Assembly (NCBI GenBank): GCA_043732305.1
Contig: JAYTHU010000031.1
Location: 23,033-87,032, forward strand
DNA from: Oligoflexia bacterium
Lineage (GTDB): Bacteria; Bdellovibrionota; Bdellovibrionia; JABDDW01
Reading direction: 5' to 3'
DNA length: 64,000 nucleotides
The position numbers were made by a program, and so were the translations under genes. Below are positions 59,179-64,000 of the stretch, piece after piece. Every line of letters starts with the position of its first letter. Positions within the stretch are counted from its first letter, which is position 1. The notes below the pieces were generated by a model. The model saw only the letters and a list, made by a program, of their open reading frames with translations. It had not been told where the DNA came from and did not search any database.

Positions 59179-59219
59179 ACATTCTCCTTTTTAAAAGTTT
59201 TTTTTTCAATCCCAGGAAC

Positions 59220-59235
59220 AGCAATACACGTACCA
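59220..59235 (-). promoter_or_regulatory. sigma54 promoter
   Basis: Minus strand TGGTACGTGTATTGCT. Confidence 0.65.
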
Positions 59236-59493
59236 GTGATGCGCAAGGCTCAACCTATCTGATGCACAAATTATGTCGAGAATTGCAACTCGGCGGAAAT
59301 ATTTCCATTTTACGATGAAATCAAGTCGTCATCATCAGGAAATTGCCGTAGGTGCGGATCATTACTTTTAATAATTAGCTAAATCCATGCCAACTCTATC
59401 GATAATGACGTTCGTAAGAAAAACATGGAAAAAACACCGCCCCAGATGTAATTTCACAACTCCTAAAATGTAATTCATCAACTGGAGATTAAA

Positions 59494-60243
59494 TTGATAG
59501 TTAGCCTTCCTTGGTATGACTTTGCAGAGACTTCGACTTTTCTCGACAATCTTTGGATGAGTCTTCGCGGTAAACTTGATCATGGACAGCAAAATAAAAT
59601 TCCGTCGGTTTTAGATCGCACAACCAAGCAAATCGCATCCTTATTGAGCAACAATCTATTTCTAACTCAAACATGTGGTTACGATATCGCCTATGGCACA
59701 CCGGGACCACTGAGTGTGATCGTCACCCCGATTTTTGAGGCCGAAGGAGCGAGCGAGGGATACTACTCAAGCTTTCTAGTTTCTAAAACTGAATCGAAAA
59801 TAAATAATTTAAGTGCCGCGGTGGCTTTTGGCAGGTTCGCGGCAAATGATGACCGCTCATTCTCTGGCTATCACTGCGTGCGTGAACTTTCAACTTCAGT
59901 CCAACCTTTGTGGAGTGGGAGCCATATTGAGTCATTGAATATGATCAAAAATGAATCTGCAGATTGGGCGGCCATTGATGCCGTGACATGGAGTTTACTT
60001 AAAAAACATTCGCCAGAAAAGATCGAAGACATGCAGATTTTTGGTCAAACACGGCGAGTGATTGCTCCTCCGTTGGTCACAGCCGCGTGCGTTCCAAAAG
60101 AAGAAATCATAATGTTAAGACGAGCGGTAAATTCACTCAACGAAGATGCGGTGGCTAAGGAACATTTGCAGAGCATGTTGATTTACGGCTTCCGCGAATT
60201 TTCGAAAGAGCATTACCAGGAGTCAATCATCCGCAAGGAATGA
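59494..60243 (+). CDS. PhnD/SsuA-like substrate-binding-fold protein without signal peptide
   Basis: SLPWYD, QTCGY, Y.S..V, N...S.SG, SGSH..S, AAIDAVT. Confidence 0.75.
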   Translation: MIVSLPWYDFAETSTFLDNLWMSLRGKLDHGQQNKIPSVLDRTTKQIASLLSNNLFLTQTCGYDIAYGTPGPLSVIVTPIFEAEGASEGYYSSFLVSKTESKINNLSAAVAFGRFAANDDRSFSGYHCVRELSTSVQPLWSGSHIESLNMIKNESADWAAIDAVTWSLLKKHSPEKIEDMQIFGQTRRVIAPPLVTAACVPKEEIIMLRRAVNSLNEDAVAKEHLQSMLIYGFREFSKEHYQESIIRKE

Positions 60244-60267
60244 TTCTCAAAACGACCAAGCCTTTTT

Positions 60268-61392
60268 TTATTTTAATCCAGGTGTATCAAAGTATAAAAG
60301 TTGAGTACTGCGTCCAATGTCTGCATATTTCAATAAAGTTTTTGCGTCCACCCAACCGTCGTTATTTTGCTTTTGCCACAGAGCACCCCAGACGTTTTGT
60401 ACCTGCAATTGTTCCTTGCAATCAGAGGTCTCTGATTCGCCACAAACAGCGCTCGCTTTGCATATCCTTCGGGAACCCGTGACTGAAAGAACATGACCGT
60501 CACATTTTTCGAGATCTCCTGAAGGAACTGCGTTGAGGCAAAAAGACAACGCTATTGGCCTATCATGAGATAAAACTTTTTTTATTTGGTTGAGAGAATC
60601 AATATAACGCTTCGTGGTTGGGCCTGTATCTTTCGGCCAGAAATCATAAGCAGCTACTTCAAAACTTGAGGCTGTGTGACAGTCGTAGAAAAGCATACGG
60701 TTAAGAAATTGATCAAAAATTTCGTCTGACTTCAACGAACCAATTATTGTTTCTTTAGCGCGGGTTATGTCAAAGTCATCTTGAAATATCTCAATCATCT
60801 TTGCAAGACACGCAGGGCAATTGGTCGGCGAGTGCAAATCGATTTTCAAATAAACATCCCTGAGTCTAAGCAATGCGCCTCTGGCCTCGTCAGCCCGCAC
60901 CGTAGGAAAAGGGGCAGTATATTTAGATAAGGATTTTTTGTAACTATAACAAGATTCCGAAGAGGCCATTGATGCATTTCTGACTGCAACCAACGTAAAC
61001 TCAACACTCCCTCGGTTGAAGATAGAAAGGGGATTATTCTTTTTGAGTTGAACTGCTCCGGGAGGTCGCATTTTTTGCGCCACGTCTGCCTCTTCACTGA
61101 GAGCCCGCATGGAAAGAACAGAAGGGATATTTTTAGGATCAAGCGTTGTACAGTCCACATTGGTACGTTTACATCCTTCTAAGAGCCAAATATCAAGTGC
61201 CACTTGAGCAGCACACATAGGAATGCCACCAACGGATTGAACCGGAGGCATATGGCTTACAGAAATATTTTTGCAAACATTTGTATAATCTCTTGGAAGA
61301 CTCGAATCAAGAGAAGGGACTCCTTCTCCGGCATGTGCGACTAAAGACACTACGGAAGCTAATAAAACCATCATCGGCAATTTAATTTTCAT
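60268..61392 (-). CDS. Secreted papain-like (C1-type) cysteine peptidase
   Basis: Signal peptide; PVQSVGGIPMC (Gln/Cys), GHVLSVTG (His), QVQNVWG (Asn), DGWV. Confidence 0.7.
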   Translation of the reverse strand: MKIKLPMMVLLASVVSLVAHAGEGVPSLDSSLPRDYTNVCKNISVSHMPPVQSVGGIPMCAAQVALDIWLLEGCKRTNVDCTTLDPKNIPSVLSMRALSEEADVAQKMRPPGAVQLKKNNPLSIFNRGSVEFTLVAVRNASMASSESCYSYKKSLSKYTAPFPTVRADEARGALLRLRDVYLKIDLHSPTNCPACLAKMIEIFQDDFDITRAKETIIGSLKSDEIFDQFLNRMLFYDCHTASSFEVAAYDFWPKDTGPTTKRYIDSLNQIKKVLSHDRPIALSFCLNAVPSGDLEKCDGHVLSVTGSRRICKASAVCGESETSDCKEQLQVQNVWGALWQKQNNDGWVDAKTLLKYADIGRSTQLLYFDTPGLK

Positions 61393-61477
61393 AAATTCTT
61401 ATTCTCAACGAGGGGGATCAAAGTATAAAACTGGGGAGCTGCGGCCGATGCCTGCATATTGGTCATTCCGTACTACT

Positions 61478-61493
61478 TGCAATACTGAGACCC
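61478..61493 (-). promoter_or_regulatory. sigma54 promoter for the peptidase gene
   Basis: Minus strand GGGTCTCAGTATTGCA = GG-N10-GC. Confidence 0.5.
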
Positions 61494-61803
61494 GCACAAG
61501 AGAAATCCTAGTTCATTTGAATGCCCTCCAAATGGCTAAGAATTGTTCAGAAATGCATTCTATTTAGACAGACCAATTGTTCTACTTCCGCCATGACAGG
61601 AGTTCCCTACTCCACCTCAAATCACGAATTTGAAAAGAACAAAGTGCCACTGAAGCCCAATCGAAATGTCAGTTCCTCCGTCGTCTTCCAGCAAAAATTC
61701 AAAAGCTCAAGTCTCGCAGCCAGAAAACCTGGTCCCGAAACGTCATTTTAAAGATCATTGAACGCCTTGAAGACAAAACCATCACTATTGAGAGGAGCTA
61801 ATC

Positions 61804-62127
61804 ATGAACTCCGATAGAATCACTAATTTTGCCATAACGGTTGTCCTTATGGCGGCTGTGGCCGGAAACTTAGATCGCCTGAATCACTGCCAAGTGGCCA
61901 CAGCCAAGGTTCTCTGGGAATCCCGAGCCTCGGCCTGGTGTACGCCACAATTTTGGCCCGAGCAAAACATCAAAAACCATAAAACCATCAGTACAAATAC
62001 TAAAACCAGGAGGTATTGTCACTTCTTCGATCAACAGACTAACTCAGACAGCGTCCGACAAGTGTTTAGATATTTTCTAAACACTTTGTTTAAAAATATA
62101 TTGTTTCGCGTTATATCGCGTGTATAG
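61804..62127 (+). CDS. Small hypothetical membrane/secreted protein; C-terminal half doubtful
   Basis: GAGGAG RBS and hydrophobic N-terminus; the tail looks non-coding-like. Confidence 0.4.
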   Translation: MNSDRITNFAITVVLMAAVAGNLDRLNHCQVATAKVLWESRASAWCTPQFWPEQNIKNHKTISTNTKTRRYCHFFDQQTNSDSVRQVFRYFLNTLFKNILFRVISRV

Positions 62128-62136
62128 TCCGGCCCT

Positions 62137-62934
62137 ATGGAAAGTAACAACAAAGACGATATGGAAATAGGTGAGCCCGGCGATTTTCTAAGAGAAGAAC
62201 TTACGAAACGAATTTCAAAGAATTCTAAGTATTCACTTCGTGCATTTGCTAAAGCTCTTAGAGTCAGCCCTGCAACCCTCTCGCTAGTAATATCTGGCAA
62301 ATCCCCGCTAACACAGAAAATATTGAGACATATCACTCAAAATTTGAATCTTAGTCCTGAACAGTCGTTTCATTTTGAAAAACAAGTTTTAAGACGTAAG
62401 CAGCCTTACTTGATGCCAGCAACTGTCAAGGAATCAAATGTTAGAAATGTCACTCTTGAAATTTTTAAAGTATTGTCTGAGTGGTACTATTATTCGATTT
62501 TAAGTCTTTTGGAACTCAAAAATTCATCGGCTGACCCAAAGTGGATATCACAAAAACTGGGAATTTCCGTCTTTGAGGCAAAAGAAGCAGTTGATCGGCT
62601 AAAAAAATTAAACTTTATTTCAAAGCAAAACGGAAAATGGAAGCAGTCATCTGCGCAATTAAGGATTGATGATTCCTCAACCATATCAGCGGCCAGAAGA
62701 TTTCAAAAACAACTTCTCTTAAAAGCTATAGAGTCTCTAGAAAATATGCCAACAACAAGACGGGATTTTTCTTCCATGACGTTTACAATGAGCAGCAAGG
62801 ATATTTCCTATGCAGCTGAGAAAATTGCAGACTTCAGGAGAGAAATAACAAAGGACTTAGAAAAAAGAAAATCTATAGATTCTGTCTATAATTTAACAAT
62901 TCAATTATTTCCAACCACTATGGAGCAAAAATGA
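62137..62934 (+). CDS. TIGR02147/DUF4423-type HTH protein
   Basis: YSLRAFAKALRVSPATLSLVISGK (HTH), EWYYYSIL, RDFSSMT, VYNLTIQLFP. Confidence 0.85.
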   Translation: MESNNKDDMEIGEPGDFLREELTKRISKNSKYSLRAFAKALRVSPATLSLVISGKSPLTQKILRHITQNLNLSPEQSFHFEKQVLRRKQPYLMPATVKESNVRNVTLEIFKVLSEWYYYSILSLLELKNSSADPKWISQKLGISVFEAKEAVDRLKKLNFISKQNGKWKQSSAQLRIDDSSTISAARRFQKQLLLKAIESLENMPTTRRDFSSMTFTMSSKDISYAAEKIADFRREITKDLEKRKSIDSVYNLTIQLFPTTMEQK

Positions 62935-63719
62935 AAATAGTATTTTTCTTCACGCTATTGTGCTTTGGCATCGCCAACGCAGGAAACGAAGCTAAAGGAA
63001 CATTTTTTGATCAGCAAGGCCAACTTTTAATTGCAGAAGCGACAGCTCAGCTATATCCATATTTGCAAAAAATAAATGCAAAAGTTTTTAGAGGCCATGA
63101 AGAAAGAAGATATATAGCTCTTTTGGCCATAAAGGATATCCAAATTAGATCTACCAAAGTTGAATACCGAGATGGTAAAGAGTTAATGCTGAACTTCAAC
63201 GTGGAAACACAAAAAATAATAGCCTTAAACAATTTCTTTGTAGCTTTTAGATCAGTGCCCGTAAGCGCAGAAAATATAAAAACTGTTAAGAGAATGTTGC
63301 TGCATGAGACGGCTCATTTGTGGGGAGACTCAGATGTTGATGCAGAGTTTTTTGCACAATCTGTTCTCGAAAAATCTGTGAATTCAAATGACCCAGAAGA
63401 TTCTTGCTACGTCCGAACATATAGCACCCTTTTGGGACACGCTTATGCCGTTGGAGTGTCAGGACCTAGCGACGGCTAGCGTGATTCAGTTAGAATCGAT
63501 ACTCTTGATGTCGCATTACGCACGTTGCAAAAGTTAAGAGATTTTCATCTATGCTCAGTCGCGGAAAAAGCATGTCTGATACGCTATTCGGATATAAATA
63601 TCTTTAGTATTGGCTATCTAAGTCCTCGTGGAAATTTCATAAAAGTTTCACAAGAATCAAAATTTGAATCTGCTCTTGAAATGGCTCAAAAATTGAGAAC
63701 AAATAATATTTGTAATTGA
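62931..63719 (+). pseudogene. Secreted HExxH protein interrupted by one in-frame TAG (63477-63479)
   Basis: Signal peptide and LHETAHLW. The same frame stays open after the TAG and joins track ORF 63525-63719. Confidence 0.65.
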
Positions 63720-63744
63720 ATTTTAAAAATTAAAAGGAAGAAAC

Positions 63745-63909
63745 ATGAAATTTATATTTTTTTGTACGGTCTTATTTTTTTCAGGCGCACTGTGGGCTCA
63801 ACAGTCAAAAGCAGAGACTAAGGCGATTTCGGCTGCACAATGTCTGGCAACGCTGGAGTCTATGGGGGAGAGTTTTAACTTATTGTCCATAACCCCCAAT
63901 CCAACGTAA
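63745..63909 (+). CDS. 54-aa ORF consisting of a signal peptide plus the C-x3-L motif; probable truncated remnant
   Basis: AAGGAAG RBS; MKFIFFCTVLFFSGALWAQQSKAETKAISAAQCLATLESMGESFNLLSITPNPT*. Confidence 0.5.
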   Translation: MKFIFFCTVLFFSGALWAQQSKAETKAISAAQCLATLESMGESFNLLSITPNPT

Positions 63910-64000
63910 GCGCTCCATCGCGCCCATCTTTTCAGCCTTCTTTTTTATGGCATGATAGAGGATTTGGCGGGCTCAGGAGAAGTTCTGTGAGTCTTTCGTA

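Noticed and set aside
1095..63232. Many 60-180-aa track ORFs antisense to or overlapping long genes (e.g. 9182-9640, 20907-21431, 41593-42057, 53886-54425)
   Set aside because: They are shadow frames of well-supported genes with no recognisable motifs.
1..64000. rRNA, tRNA, integrase, transposase or prophage genes
   Set aside because: None recognised; intergenic gaps are short and lack tRNA-like motifs by eye. tRNAscan-SE/Infernal would be needed to exclude small RNAs.

Overview
A 64-kb chromosomal segment of moderately low GC, most likely from a Bdellovibrionota-like (predatory) bacterium. That assignment is inferred from a TIGR04552-type gene, a TIGR02147/DUF4423-type gene, an Agl/Glt-type gliding-motility cluster and many secreted hydrolases. 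Housekeeping blocks are fadIJ, maeB-hflX, mlaEFD plus a LolC/E-type permease, an HD-GYP protein, ridA, a ZIP transporter with Cys-poor ribosomal proteins L33/S18/L28/S14, pyrC, msrA, an ApbE/FMN-binding flavinylation cluster behind a Fur-type box, an ABC1 kinase and a Rieske oxygenase. The most striking feature is a ~15-kb bidirectional locus (1456-16751) flanking two back-to-back sigma54-type promoter motifs. It encodes a signal-peptide-bearing TelA/KlaA-like protein and six secreted paralogues that share a helical N-terminal module (FS[HS]P, Cx6C, LNxEY, DLxFL) fused to variable C-terminal domains. It also encodes a signal-peptide-bearing ClpA/B-like AAA+ protein with a degenerate first ATPase ring. 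A short C-x3-L-x-x-hydrophobic motif marks the mature N- or C-terminus of all eight proteins and of three unrelated secreted proteins elsewhere in the window, including a second exported AAA+ ATPase; it is a candidate export/targeting tag. No rRNA, tRNA, CRISPR array or transposase was recognised. All family calls come from motif recognition by eye, not database searches.
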